Part shown: piece by piece, positions 1 through 13,035 of the stretch
Position numbering within the stretch: the stretch's first letter is position 1
How the letters are laid out: every line of letters begins with the position of its first letter
From: Callorhinchus milii
Lineage: Eukaryota
Assembly (NCBI RefSeq): GCF_018977255.1
Contig: NW_024704742.1
Location: 121,522,001-121,586,000 of the forward strand
Reading direction: 5' to 3'
Length of the DNA: 64,000 nucleotides
The notes under the pieces: generated by a model
What the model was told of the DNA's origin: nothing
The model's database searches: none
The model's input: the letters and a program-made list of their open reading frames with translations, nothing else
Program-made: the position numbers and the translations under genes

Positions 1-129
1 AAGGTGTTGGACAATCAAGGATGTGCACCCGAGCTGGGGTTAGGATCAAGAGGGGTGGAGTGCAGGGAGGGTAGTGGTAGGAGGGTAATATAAATTCAAT
101 ATACACTTTAACATAAATATAGTAAAATG

Positions 130-450
130 ACAGCCTTCAGAGAGGTTAAATCTTGCATGACTAATCTCAGACTTTTCAAATTGGTAATGGAAAACGTACA
201 GTGTAGGGTAATAAAGCGTAATAATACAGTGTAATAATACACTCCAAAAAGACCAGTGCTAAAAGTAACACAAAAGAACTCTTGTACAAGGTATCAGTGG
301 GTATTGAGGGTAAAACATGAACACAGATTAATAACTGGCTGAAGGAACATGATCAGAGGCTATTCAAGAGGGGAGCTATTTTTTGAAATAGCGAATGGGA
401 TACCTCAGGGATCCATACTGGGACCCCTCCTGACACTAGTATACATAGAG
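130..450 (+). mobile_element. Ancient CR1-like RT fragment
   Basis: aaatcttgcatgactaatctc (KSCMTNL) and gggatacctcagggatccatactgggaccc (GIPQGSILGP). Confidence 0.7.
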
Positions 451-789
451 TAAACATAAATTGCCTTAATTTGTAGAGTTAGTACACCATTTTAGAAGAA
501 TGAGATTAAATGAACCAAAAGACCTTCTTCACCTGGATCTCCCTTGTGATTAATGAATGGTGTGGAATACATTATAAAAAACACTGGGTACTCTGTTTAT
601 TTTGCTACTTCATGCACAAACGACAAAGATTTGTGTGCATAAACTCAAAATATACTGAGAACTTGCACTGTTTGCAACCTGGAATGTGGGCTTTTGAAAA
701 TTATTTAGATTTTTTTAAAATAGAAGAACTTGCTTTTTATTCTAGAATAATACAGAAGCTATGTTGAGTGATTTCCCAACAATAAACAG

Positions 790-958
790 TATTGCATTTG
801 ATATAGCGCCTTATCATATCGTTGAGACGTCTCAAAGTGCTTCACAAAATATACTGTAAAGTGAATTGACTGCATTTGGGGGCGAAACGTGGCAACCAAT
901 TGCGCGCAGCAGTGTTCCACAAACAGTTGTGGATTGAGTGACCAAATTATTATTATTA
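790..958 (-). mobile_element. tRNA/Deu SINE 3' half
   Basis: Core and tail match the family. Confidence 0.85.
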
Positions 959-3900
959 GAACAAGCACATGGCTTAAGTAACAAAAGTAACAATGGAGAA
1001 GTGGTATCAGAGGTACAAAATCACAGAAAAATGTCTATATTTACGTATCACAACACAAAGTCAGATTGTATTATTGCAGTAACCTTTCAATGCTGACGCT
1101 GGAATAAGATAATATTTGCATAGACAGCATCAGGTCTAGCCACATTCCAATTTTAAGATACAGGAATCTTTTATAATAATAATAATTATAATAATAATAA
1201 TTTTTTTAAGAGCACAAAGACAATCAGAATGGCAGTAATCTTCCCAATAGAGACAGCAACATTACTTTCAAATTTGTTTTCTTGTGTGGAAAAATCAGCA
1301 AGAATAAGAAGTCTGTCCTGCCTATAATATATAGCGGTTTAACCTGTATTATTTTACAAATGTTAAATATCATGAATAAAAGCAGATACAGTTTTTACCA
1401 ACATAATTGTGGAACTCAAACTGCCGAGAGATGAATATATTTCTATTCAAATGTCAGAACACTGCTCCCTGTTTATAGTTCTCTTCACCAGTGACTGCTG
1501 CCTAATAAAAACACACTCAATGTATACACTGTAAACATATTTTAAAACACCAACCAAAAAATACAAAATCTCACGAGAACCTGCATTTCAGATTCTACCC
1601 CAGTGCCATATGGCTAAAGTACATTTGCAAACCCAGTCGTATGTGTGATTTGGGCAATATGCACAGGTATACATTACCTTAGATTTCATTACAGATAGTG
1701 GGAAGATTGATAACAGGAGCCGTAGGCACACAGCAGTATTTGGTGTGGCTAAATTAATTTAAGTATGCATTTTACTGCAATTGGTTTCTATATGTAATGT
1801 AGAGGTGTCACAATGTAATGAAACAATGATATATTGTGCAATATTCAACACACAGTAATATTGCCACATTTTCTTTCTGCTGGATAAAGTGATAAATGAT
1901 GATGCGCTATGGAATGAATATTCAACACACAATAATCATATTATCCATTGTCTTTTCACAGCAATATAGTAATCACAAAATACACCCATGAGAAAACATT
2001 TGCTGCGCCTGAATCTACTTCCACCAACACAGAAAATAAAAATGCAAAATGCAGCCATCTGCAAAGGTCAAGATTTCTGTTCACAATATATATTATGAGA
2101 AATCATGTACCTGCTATTGAAGAAAATCCACATAGCAAAAGATATTATCCAGGGCATATTTTCTTTCCCCATAAGATTGAAAGATTGAATGGATGAAGGA
2201 GGCCCTTCGACCCATCCAATTTCCTCCTTCAAAATACCCACCCATTTTCTTCACATTGGAGCATCAAGCGCTTTTTTTGTTAAATGAGTTCAGTGCCCTG
2301 GCCTCGGCCACTCTTTCTGGCAAACTGACCTAGCTGTTGATCATCCTCTATAAATAAATCTTTTCTGATGCTTCTCCTAAAATAGCCCTTCACAATTCTG
2401 AACCTATGGCTTCCACCCTGCTGCCTTGGTGTATCTGAAACTATTGTTCAGGTTATTTTCTTTCACATTTAGATTGTACTCCCTTTCCTTTTTCTCTGCA
2501 AAAGATTTCTTATCTACGTGAAAAGAACAACTCAAAAGCGCAAACAAGTTTGGAAACTGGAAGCACTGCTGAGCCAAGTGAAAGGCATTTGGGAGTTTAG
2601 TAATAGAGCATAAGTAGCAATAATAATGATAATCCTTGTATTTGATATAGCACCTGATCATGTCTTCAAGACGTCTCAAAGTACTTTACAGAATATACTG
2701 TAAAGTGTAGTGATCCTCAACTGTCCTTTCTACCCCACATCCGTGCCATGACCGGCTCTGCCTTCCCCCACTTCCGCAACATCGCCCGGCTCCGCCACTG
2801 TCTCACACCACAGGCTGCTGAGATCCTCATATATGCATGTTGTTGTATATTTTATGGGAAATTAAATTAAATTATTAAGAGATTAAATGAGTTTGGGAGA
2901 GAGATATGAAAGTGTCCATATTTGAGTAGCAACATACCAACTCTGGAAAGAGAAGGCTTGATGGACCATCTCATCTTTCCTCATCCAAAGTGGACAAGAT
3001 TGAGGACTATGCCCTCTCCTTGTAATTACTGCTAAACCTTTTAAAATGGAATGATAGCGAAGGTGGTGACACAATGACTCAGATCCCATAACACTGTTCA
3101 AAAAGATAAGGAATTTTACTCTGATGTCCCTGCCAACAATCCCCCAGAAGAAGAAGATTATTTATTTCATGGCTCTTTGTGGAATACTACTGTGTACAAA
3201 CTGGCTCTCACATTGACAAAATACACAATCACCATGTTTAATAGCAATTACCTGTGAAGTGGTTTGAGATGTTTTCGGGTTATAGGCACTATATCAAATG
3301 CAAAGATCATCATTACTATAAATGTTTATTAGCATTGCAACTAATTCCTCAAGATAATATTTTACCATTAATTTCAACCAGAAACTACAGTACTGAAACT
3401 TCAAGCCCTCTTTCCCACATTGCAAACTTTCTGCTGACTCTCCACCCCCACCTTCCCCCCACATGGAGACACACTTTACAGTCCATTTCTGAAAAAAGTA
3501 ATTTATTTACACAGTCAATGTGGTAATTTACTTACTGCAGTTTTCAGAAGCTCAGGGCTAAAAACAGCCATAAACATCAGCACTTTTACAACAGTCATAA
3601 ACATTATGACTTTCTGCTACTCACGATATGCTTAATGCAGCATGCAGTCTGAACCTTGAAATACATTCTTTTTGGCTAGGAGACTAGTCTCCGACCTTTT
3701 TATAACCCACATCATTTAGACTGAATCTTAAATACGTGATTTGGATACCTACACCATACAGTTCTACAATATACAGCAAATTTCCAAGATACGAATGCAG
3801 TAAAAGTATTATTCTAAATTATGCCAATATGCATGTACTTCAGGGTACAAAGGAATTTATAAGAAGCATAACCTAAAGGATCAATCCAAGTTTCTAAAGG

Positions 3901-5550
3901 CAAGATAACAAAGTAATCTGTTCCAAAATTTGCAGTACAAAAGTTTGTTTTGTATTAAAATGTGTATGAGTATATTTTCATACTCTTACCTATGATGTCC
4001 ACCTCAGATATTATGGTGCTGAAAGCAGACATCTCCAGAGAGAATCATAGGACTAATCGTGTATTGCCATGTGAGGAGACATGCTCAAGCATAGACTCTC
4101 CCAGACACTTTCCTAACTCTACCACAAGAATACTTGAACAAGACTAATTTGAGATCAGTAAGTTTGGGGAAATCTGGAGGAATTCGAGGATAAGACTAAC
4201 ATTTGTTGTTTCTGGTGTACAGAATTCCACAATGAAATCTGCATTCTCCTCAAATATCAAGGCAATTCAGAGATTGGGATTTTCTTTGGCTGCTTTGTCA
4301 AATGGATGTCAGATCTATCGGAATTTACATTCAAATCTTTATGCATATACAAAATTGTTAAATGCCTTATCTACACTTTGTGCAATAAAGGCAGGAAATG
4401 CTGGAAATACACAGCAGGTTAATCAGCACATGAGAAATGACACATTAACATAGTTTCCTTATTCAGCTTTGATTCATTTGTTGTGCGTTTCCATCATTTT
4501 CTGGGTTTATTTCAGACATTTAGTAGTCATAATTTTTCTTGTTATTTCTACATGTTGTGCAATGTGTATTTATGGTAACCACACTTAACCATCTCAAATA
4601 TGAGCAATGGTACTGTCATTACTATTGCCTTTCAACAACTCTTGAATGCTGATTTATTGTTTACTGCTGGAGAACACAATATTCATCAGTAAGAGGGAGT
4701 ATTTAGGTCTATCCTCACTCACAATAAATCCCATTCTAACTCATCACTGACATAAGGAATGATAATACACTCCCACCAGTGAAAAAAAACTTAGTTTGAT
4801 CATTCTTGCTGGTATTTTGAATTACATGGCTGATATTTGTTTAATTTGACATTCAAGAAATCCTGTGTTGCATTGTGACTCAGTTGCATTTAAAATGCGT
4901 TCAAGCATTTTCACCTTATTTTAAAATACAGTACTTATATTCTTTTTCACCTTTAGTGGCTCTGTGCACCATAATGTTCTATGGAGTCGCGAATCACCAG
5001 ATATTTTCTCCTCAGTTGAGTTTTTACGTTGAACAAAATTCATTTGACCAATGAATGAAATTTAGTGATCTGATTTGCTGCATTTCTTAACCACAATGAG
5101 ATCAGTCTAATCCTTCATTTCCTACCTCTTGTGGGAATAAGCATACAGAGCTTGATCTACATTAATGCACTTTTATGGTTTCTCTGTAACTATATTTGGT
5201 TCTGGTAAAAACAATTTGAAGCTAACTGCTTGTATTGCATTAAAAAAGATTATATGAATCCAAATTCAATCCAGCAATAATAGGGGTCAGTCAAATTGTT
5301 GACTGACTGGAGTATTTGTTTTGACCCAAAAGATAGGTTTACTTAAAACTGCATTTGATTTAAAATGTGTACTGCAAATAAAATTGATTTTTTTAAAAAA
5401 TAGGTCCTTTATTATTACATTACTTTGTTATCTTTTCTAGACTAGAATGCAAAAGCGCTGGCTACAGAAATACAAATTAAAATGAGAAAGCTTTAGAGTG
5501 TGGTATTTTACAGTGAAATTAACTGGTTACTCGCCTGAAGTATGACACCA

Positions 5551-5822
5551 AAAACAACAACAAAATTATATTTGTATAGCGCCTTTCACGTCGGGAGGAC
5601 GTCCCAAGGCGCTGGACAGGCAGAGTTACGGACCCGAGCTGAGGGTCGGGGTGGGGGAGGGTGGAGGGCAGGTGGGGAAGCAGGGAGATCGAAAGCGCGG
5701 TCGAAAAGGAGGGTCTTGAGGTGGGTTTTGAAGGTGGCGAGGGAGGGGGCGAGATGGAGGGACTGTGGGATGGAGTTCCAGAGGGTGGGGGCAGAGTGGC
5801 AGAAGGCCCGCCTGCCGATAGT
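5551..5822 (-). mobile_element. L2 3' fragment
   Basis: Tail gcgcctttcacgtcgggaggacgtcccaaggcgct with (CAA)n, homologous to 10472-10760. Confidence 0.85.
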
Positions 5823-6654
5823 GACTCACCCAATCACCAAGCAGATTCCTTTAAATAGATTGAGTATTTAAATGTACTACAGCATTTGAAGTCAAATGTA
5901 CTGAGTAAGTATTCGCAGAATTATTGCAACGTCATTTAATATCGCATATTTTTGACTCTTCTTAAAACCCTGCATTGCGTTCAGGTGGTTCAACAGATAT
6001 TTCACAGGGTGACCAGTGAACCCTACATCGAGGGGCAATAAACAGTTGTGTTAACCTTTTAAAGTATATTATTAACAAACAGAAAGTTACACAACTTAAA
6101 AGAAAATTGTAAGACCTCATTTACATTTTTTTAAAAAAACTTGGCTCCTTGTCACACATTGACTCAAGGTGACAGAGTGGCCAGTGATTTATTATCAAGT
6201 CCCACTAATCCTGCTCTATATTGAGATTTATTGTTTAACTAGGTTCTCTGATCGTATACGTCTGTCCTCCTTCAAAGTACTGCTGTAATTTAACATATAT
6301 TCAAGTAGGATAGACCATTAAGAGAATACTGCAGCATCAACAAAATGTGTAACATTCTTAGTTCCAATGCAAGAAGACGTAGTTATAAGAAAGGGAAACT
6401 GTTTTACTGTGTATAGGCAACCGTTAGGGTCGGCCAACAAATACATTTTATTCATTGAATTCTTCTTCATTTATGGCTGCACCATGGGTACAGCAACTCA
6501 GAAGCTATTGGAGCTCTGGTATGGAGTTGCCTGGACTGGTGTGGGTGTTTGGCCATTTCTTGACATTCCAAGAAGTCGATTGCGATTGACCCTGGTATAA
6601 ACCATTTATTTGTTAAAGATCTAAGGCAAAATATTTTTAAACTAATATTTTCCA

Positions 6655-7038
6655 CTTCAAGATCCTCACTCTCGTGTTCAAATCCCTTCACTCTCTGGCA
6701 CCTCCCTACCTCTCCGACCTCCTCACTCCCCAATCCACCACCCGGCGCCTCCGCTCGACTGGCACCGGCCTCCTGCTCGTCCCTCGCATCCTCCGCCCCA
6801 CCATCGAAGGTCGTGCTTTCAGCCGCTGGCCCAAAACTCTGGAACATTCTCCCTCAATCCCTCCGCCTTGCCCACTCTCTCCCCTCTTTCAAGTTCCGCC
6901 TGCAAACCTTCCTCTTCCACCATGTTTACGGCCACCTGGACCCTTTCCCCGGCTTGGAGTCAGGCTCCGCCACTGTTAAGCGCTCTGAGACGCTACCCTG
7001 TGTGGTGTGTGCTATATAAGTTCAAGCTGATGTTGTTG
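6655..7038 (+). mobile_element. L2 3' fragment (second tail type)
   Basis: FKSLHSLAPPYLSDLL ORF2 C-terminus. Tail aagcgctctgagacgc. Confidence 0.85.
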
Positions 7039-7529
7039 TAAACTAATTCCCAGTTGATACAGGTACACAGAGTAAAACTATTCCTGACATGGTTATCTCA
7101 CTGAAGGAAGCCTGTGGACTTCTGGCTAATTTTGGATATTCATGAATAGGCCTGCTCAAGAATGTTGCTACTGATAAATATGGAATATGGCTTATTAATT
7201 AGCACTCTACTAGACTGTCAATTATATCGAAAGGTTCATGTTTTAGTCTGGTACCAAAAGTCATATGATTTGATAGAATGCAATACCTCTGGTCACCTGC
7301 TATCTGTGTCAGTTGGTTTGTTTTACAACATGGCTTTTTAAATTGGTTATTACATTTTAGAGGAAAAAACCCTCTCCAATTTTATTTATTTCTTTGGAGG
7401 GAAGAAAAAAGATTTTACATAACAGATCAAGAAACCTAAAACTTTTTCTCTCTGAACGTATCTACAAAAAGTGGCACTTTGGACTTGAATATGCCGCAGT
7501 AACTTGCCATTGCAAAAAGCCTTTTTGTA

Positions 7530-7886
7530 CAATAAATAATAATCTTTGCATTTGATATAGCGCCTTATCATGTCCTCTAGATGTCTCAAAGTGTTTCACA
7601 GAATATACTGTAAAGTGAACTGACTATGATTTGTGAGCGAAACGCGGTAGCCAGTTGCACACATCAGTGTTCCACAAACAGTCGTGGATTAAATGTCCAA
7701 ATTATTTTTTTTAAGGCATTATTACCCCCGGAAATGTGATCTGCCAATCAAGTAACAACCGAGTTGCTACTTACTGCCAGGTAAACAAGAGTAAGGAAAC
7801 TTGCCCAGTGTTTTGCCCTGCTGGGAATTGAACACAGATCTCTCGCTTGCGAGGTGAGTGCTCTAACCACTAAGCTACAGGACTTC
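7530..7886 (-). mobile_element. tRNA/Deu SINE (long form)
   Basis: Head ctctaaccactaagctacaggac at right end, core and tail. Confidence 0.88.
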
Positions 7887-8830
7887 TAATGTCTTTTCAT
7901 AGCAAAATGTGACAAAATGCTTCACAATTGCTGTCTGCTGTAGTGAGACTATTTGTAGGCAAACGCAGAAATCATTTGCAACAGTAAGGTAACCATAAGT
8001 TGAATGAGCAATTCAATTTTGAGAACTATTGGCCAGGACACCAGAAGAACTTCCCTTTTCGCGTTGAATAGTGTCATGGGATTTTTAATGTCCATCTGAA
8101 CAGGTAGATGAGACTTTGGTTTGGTGTCTTATTGTAAAAAATGGCACCTTTGCACTCCCCCAGCAACATCCTGAAACAAATCAACAACAACAATTTTCAC
8201 TAAGACGCACTTTTCATGTAGAAAAACCTCTCAAAGCTCCTTACAGATTTTGAGTGGGTGCCTGAACTAGGTGAACTAGGTACAGGGAAGACGACCGAAG
8301 GCCAGTCAGAGAGAAAAGGCAAGGCAGAGGGTTTGAAAGGTCCAGAAAGTGGAGCAAAGTGTCTGAAAGCCCCCCTGCTGACGATGGTGGGGTGTGAAGG
8401 AGGCCAGAGAGGATGGGCGGGGGAATGGGATCACAAGAGAGCAAGGAAGTCGGGTGGGACTTGGCTGTGAAGGCATTTGAAGGTGAGGTTGAGGATCTTA
8501 AACGTCAATTTGTTGGGGATAGTGGAGCTGGACGATGCCAGGTGTGGTTAGCTCACAGACTAAAGGCAAATCAAAAGTGGAATCCAAGTTCAGTGTTGTC
8601 ACTATTGTGAAGTCTTGTAGACAAATACTGATTCTATAGAAAATTACATTTTATCTTGAATACAGCATTTGTGATTTTTACTGTCACCGAAGACTACATG
8701 CAATTCTTGTATTTTTGTTCTGGTTGCAAATCCTCTGACCTCTTTATTTACAACTCTTTTAAAATGACTTAAACTTTCCTTGGTTTGCGATGGGAAGTCC
8801 ATTACAATCAGAAGAGGCATTTAATACTTC

Positions 8831-9170
8831 ATAATAATAATAATAATAATTATCCTTGCCTTTGGTACAACGCCTTACCACACCATTGAGACGTCTCAAA
8901 GCGTTTCACAGAATATACTGTAAAGTGAATTGACTATATATCTGGGGGGCGAAACCTGGCAGCCAATTGCACACAGCAGTTGTGGATTGAGTGACCAAAT
9001 TATTATTTTTTTTTGAAGGGATTATTAACCATGGAAAGCGATCCGCCAATCGATTAACAACCGGGTTACTACTTACTGCTCGGTAAACAGAGGCGTGTGG
9101 AGTAAGGAAAACTGCCTAAGGTTTTGCCGAACCCGGGTCCTCTCGCTAACCAATACGCTACAGGACTCCA
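8831..9170 (-). mobile_element. tRNA/Deu SINE (long form) flanked by 31-bp direct repeats
   Basis: Family match. Direct repeats at 8795-8825 and 9172-9202. Confidence 0.88.
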
Positions 9171-10471
9171 CAAGTTCATTACAGTCAGAAGAGGCATTTA
9201 ATTGTCAGTAAAGTTAAGATCTTGCCAGAGTAGCCCAAAGTCCCATGAAGACGTAGTACATGGTTTCCTCCTGCGATTCCCCACACACCACTTTTCCAGG
9301 CTCAGCTGTGCTATTGGGGAGGAATAGAGCGGAGGCCAGGCACATCCCCGCGGGGAAAAGAAGAAAAAAACAAAAACACATTTGCTGGTCCCCCATGAAT
9401 CTGCAGTAAGGAGAGTGCAGCATTTTTATTTGGCTATAAATATGGTTTATATATCCATTTACAATCTTTGCTCATTGTCATACCACTGACTGACATTGCA
9501 AACAGTGGTTTGAAACTAGGCCATCACAACAAATCGGCCTTCCTGAATCAATCTCCAGTGGATGGAATGCTTCACAAGTTAATCATTCAATATGCAATGC
9601 TCAAAAACAGTCAGAGCATTTACTTTCTATATTGTGCTGTAGCTGTTATTTATTCATAAGCTGACGCATTTATTAAATTCAGATTACTGTATCTGGAGCA
9701 TACAGAACAGCCAAATGAGTTTTGCCTAGAATCTTCCCTATGGCCTTGCCATTGCGACTGTGAGTGGAAAAGATATTTTGGAGCACTGTGTTTTGGCTGT
9801 TCTTGAAACTTCCCTAAAAAATGCAATGAGGTAAGGGACTACAAACAGAAACAGCTACATATACTCTGATGCAACTTACAATCAACAAAACTCTAACAGA
9901 CTTTCCACAAACTCTGTAAAAAGTAAGAATGGTTTGGAAGCATTGTGCCTCGCAATGCTTTATGAAATACAAGTAAGCAAGACAGAAATGTACTGCTGCA
10001 GTAAAACAAAGAAATAAAAAGTGCACTGAAATTAGAGATTTTTGAAAGATTATTTTGTTTATCAGGTTGTTATTCAAATACTGAAGAATTTAATAGGCGT
10101 TTTTGAAATTATGAATTATTTTGTTAGGTTAAATAGAGATACACTTTTCCACTGGTTGGAGACAATAATGAAATAATGACAAGAAAAATGGTTGAAAGAA
10201 TGTGGAATACCTTACCACAAATGGCTGGTGAAGCCAAGTCTATACTTAAAAGACAACTAGATAATACTTGATACTAAATACTTGAGGAAAGATGCTAAAG
10301 GGCATGAGGAAAGAGCAGGGAAATGGGGAATTAAGCGGATAGCTCCAGTGGGGAATGAGCACAAGAATATACTTAATGGGCCAAATGGCTTCCTTCTGTG
10401 CTGTAAACTTTCCATGATTCAATCAAAAATCTGGAATCTGCTTGACTTTCGAGACCCTCTCAGCTTCCAAC

Positions 10472-13035
10472 CCAACAAGAACAAGATTGCATTTATAGAG
10501 CGCCTTTCACGTCGGGAGGATGTCCCAAGGCGCTGGACAGTTGGGTTGGGACCCGAGCAGGGGGGAAATGGTCAGGGTGAGGGGAGGAAAGGGAGGGAGC
10601 GAGGAGTGGGTAGAGAGTCGAGAGGGGAGCTGAAGGCACGGTTGAAGAGAAAGGTCTTGAGACCGGCCTTGAAGGAGGAAAGGGAGGAGGCGGCGAAGGC
10701 ACTGGGGGATGGAGTTCCAGAGCCTGGGGGCTGAGAGGCTGAAGGCCCGGCCACCGATGGTAGGGCGGTTGGGGCGGGGGATGTGGAGCAGACCGGAGCC
10801 AGAGGAACGGAGGGTACGGGCAGGTAAGTAGGAGGATAGTAGGTCGGAGAGGTAGGAGGGAGCGAGGCCGTGAATGGCCTTGTAGGTGAGGATGAGGATC
10901 TTGAATTCGATCCTCTGGGGGATGGGGAGCCAGTGGAGGCGAGCGAGGGTGGGAGTGATGTGGTCGCGAAGCCTGGTGCGGGACAGTACACGAGCTGCAG
11001 AGTTCTGAATGACCTGCAGCTTGTGGAGGGAGGTGGTGGGAAGGCCGGCGAGGAGAGAGTTCCCATAGTCCAGCCTTGAGGTGATAAAGGCGTGGACCAG
11101 TGTTTCAGCAGCGTGAGGGGTGAGGTAGTGCCGTAGTCTGGCGACATTCCGGAGGTGATGGAAGGCGGTGCCAGTTGTGGCGCAGATATGAGGGAGAAAG
11201 GACAGCTCAGGGTCGAACAGACCCCGAGGTTCCTGACTGGCTTTGAGAGGTGGAGAGTGCAGCCTTGGATGCTGATGGTGTCAGCGCCTGAGGTGCGGAG
11301 GCGCTGACGTGAGCCAATCAGGAGGGCCTCAGTTTTGCGCACGTTGAGCTGAAGAAAGTTGTCTCTCGTCCAGGACTCGATGTCGGACAGGCAGCTGTCA
11401 GGACATCGGTGGTCGTGGAGTTGAGGGTAGAGGAGGAAAGGTAGAGTTGGGTGTCATCCGCATACATGTGGAAGTTAACCCCATGTCTGCGGATGATGTC
11501 ACCGAGGGGGAGCATGTAGAGGGTGAAGAGGAGGGGACCGAGGACAGAGCCCTGAGGGACACCGCATGAGACAGTGCGGGGGTCGGAGGAAAAACCATTC
11601 GTGGAAACAAAATGAAGACGGTGGGAGAGGTAGGACCTACACCACTCAAGGACAGGGCCTTGAAGGTTGAGGTGGGAGGACAAGCGGTGGAGAAAGATAG
11701 GAGTGGTTGACCGTATCGAATGCGGCCGATAGGTCGAGGAGGATGAGGAGGCAGAGGGAGCCCTGGTCGCAGATGGTCAAGATGTCATTAGTGACCTTGA
11801 CCAGGGTGGTTTCCGTTCTCTGGGAAGCACAGAAACCCGACTGGAGGGGTTCAAGTAGTGAATGGGTGGAGAGGAAAGAGCGCAGCTGGGAGGCGACGAC
11901 TCTTTCGAGAACTTTGGACAGGAAGGGGAGGTTAGAGATAGGCCGGTAGCTTGATAGCTGCGACGCATCAAGGGAGGGTTTTTTCAGTGTGGTGGTGATG
12001 GTGGCAGTTTTGAGGGAAATAGGAACAGAGCCAGAGGAGAGGGACAGGTTAATGGTGTCTGTGAGAAGTGGGGCAAGGAGGTGGAGCTGGGAGATACGCA
12101 GTGGAGTGGGGATGGGGTCCAGGGAGTAGGTGGTGGGTTTCAAGGACAGGATAAGTTTGTGACAGAGGGTGTGGAAACGGGTTCGAAGGTGTGTAGGGGA
12201 GGATGGGTAGGAGTCGGAGTGTGGGAGGGAAGGGGTGGGTGGAAGTTGGAGGGGCAATGACTGTGGAGCGGATCCCCTTGATTTTGGATTCAAGAAAATC
12301 CAGCATCTCCTCGCAGTGAAGGTTGGAGGAGATGACCTGCGCGGGGTGGCGGGGTGGACGGAGGAGTCGGGATGTGGTAGAGAACAGAAGTCTGGGGTTG
12401 TTCTTCGCCTCCAGGATTATCCTGGAGTAGAAGGACGACTTGGCCGAGGCTAGAGTGGAGCGGTAGGTTTTGAGGAGGTCCAGCCAGATTTGCCGGTGGA
12501 CCGTTAGGCCAGATTTGAGGCAGGTGTGTTCAGCGGCCCGCACCTGGCTCTTCAGTGAGCGGAGGTGGGTGGTGAACCAGGGGGAGGAGCGAGAGTAAGA
12601 GACAGTACGGGAGGTGATGGGGGCAAGAGTGTCGAGTGTGGAGGAGAGGGTGTTGTGGAGGAGGGTGAGAGCAGAAGAGGGGTCAGTGAGGGATGAAGGC
12701 CAGAGGGAGAGGAGTTCAGAGGACTCCAAGGCAGCGGTTAGGGAATGTGGGGGTAACTTCTTCCATAAGATGGTGGTGGGTCTGGTAGAGGTAGGGAGGG
12801 GGGTGGAGGTGGTGAAGGAGATGAAGTGGTGATCGGAGACGGCCTTATCGGTAATGATGACATCCGAGACACTGAGGCCCCGGGTGATCACCAAATCGAG
12901 TGGGTGACCATGAATGTGAGTGGCGGAGTTGATGTGGAGGGAGGGGTTGAGCGAGGAGAGGAGGGAGGAGAAGTCCGTGGAGGTGGAGCAGGAGGGGCTG
13001 AAGTGCAGGTTGAAATCACCCAGGATGATGAGGCG
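10472..13035 (-). mobile_element. L2-clade LINE, 5'-truncated ~2.6 kb, frameshifted ORF2 (APE endonuclease C-terminus + reverse transcriptase)
   Basis: Motifs ILGDFN, LDLVI...[44 protein letters not shown] and YADDTQLY across ORFs 12049-12894, 11646-12293 and 11318-11683. 3' tail ends in TTG-type repeats. Confidence 0.93.

Noticed and set aside
1840..1955. Short direct repeat aatattcaacacaca
   Set aside because: Small degenerate local duplication with no further structure.
10572..12894. Active LINE or novel protein genes from long ORFs
   Set aside because: Frameshifted, 5'-truncated L2 ORF2. The Pro/Ser- and Gly/Arg-rich ORFs are alternative frames of the same repeat.
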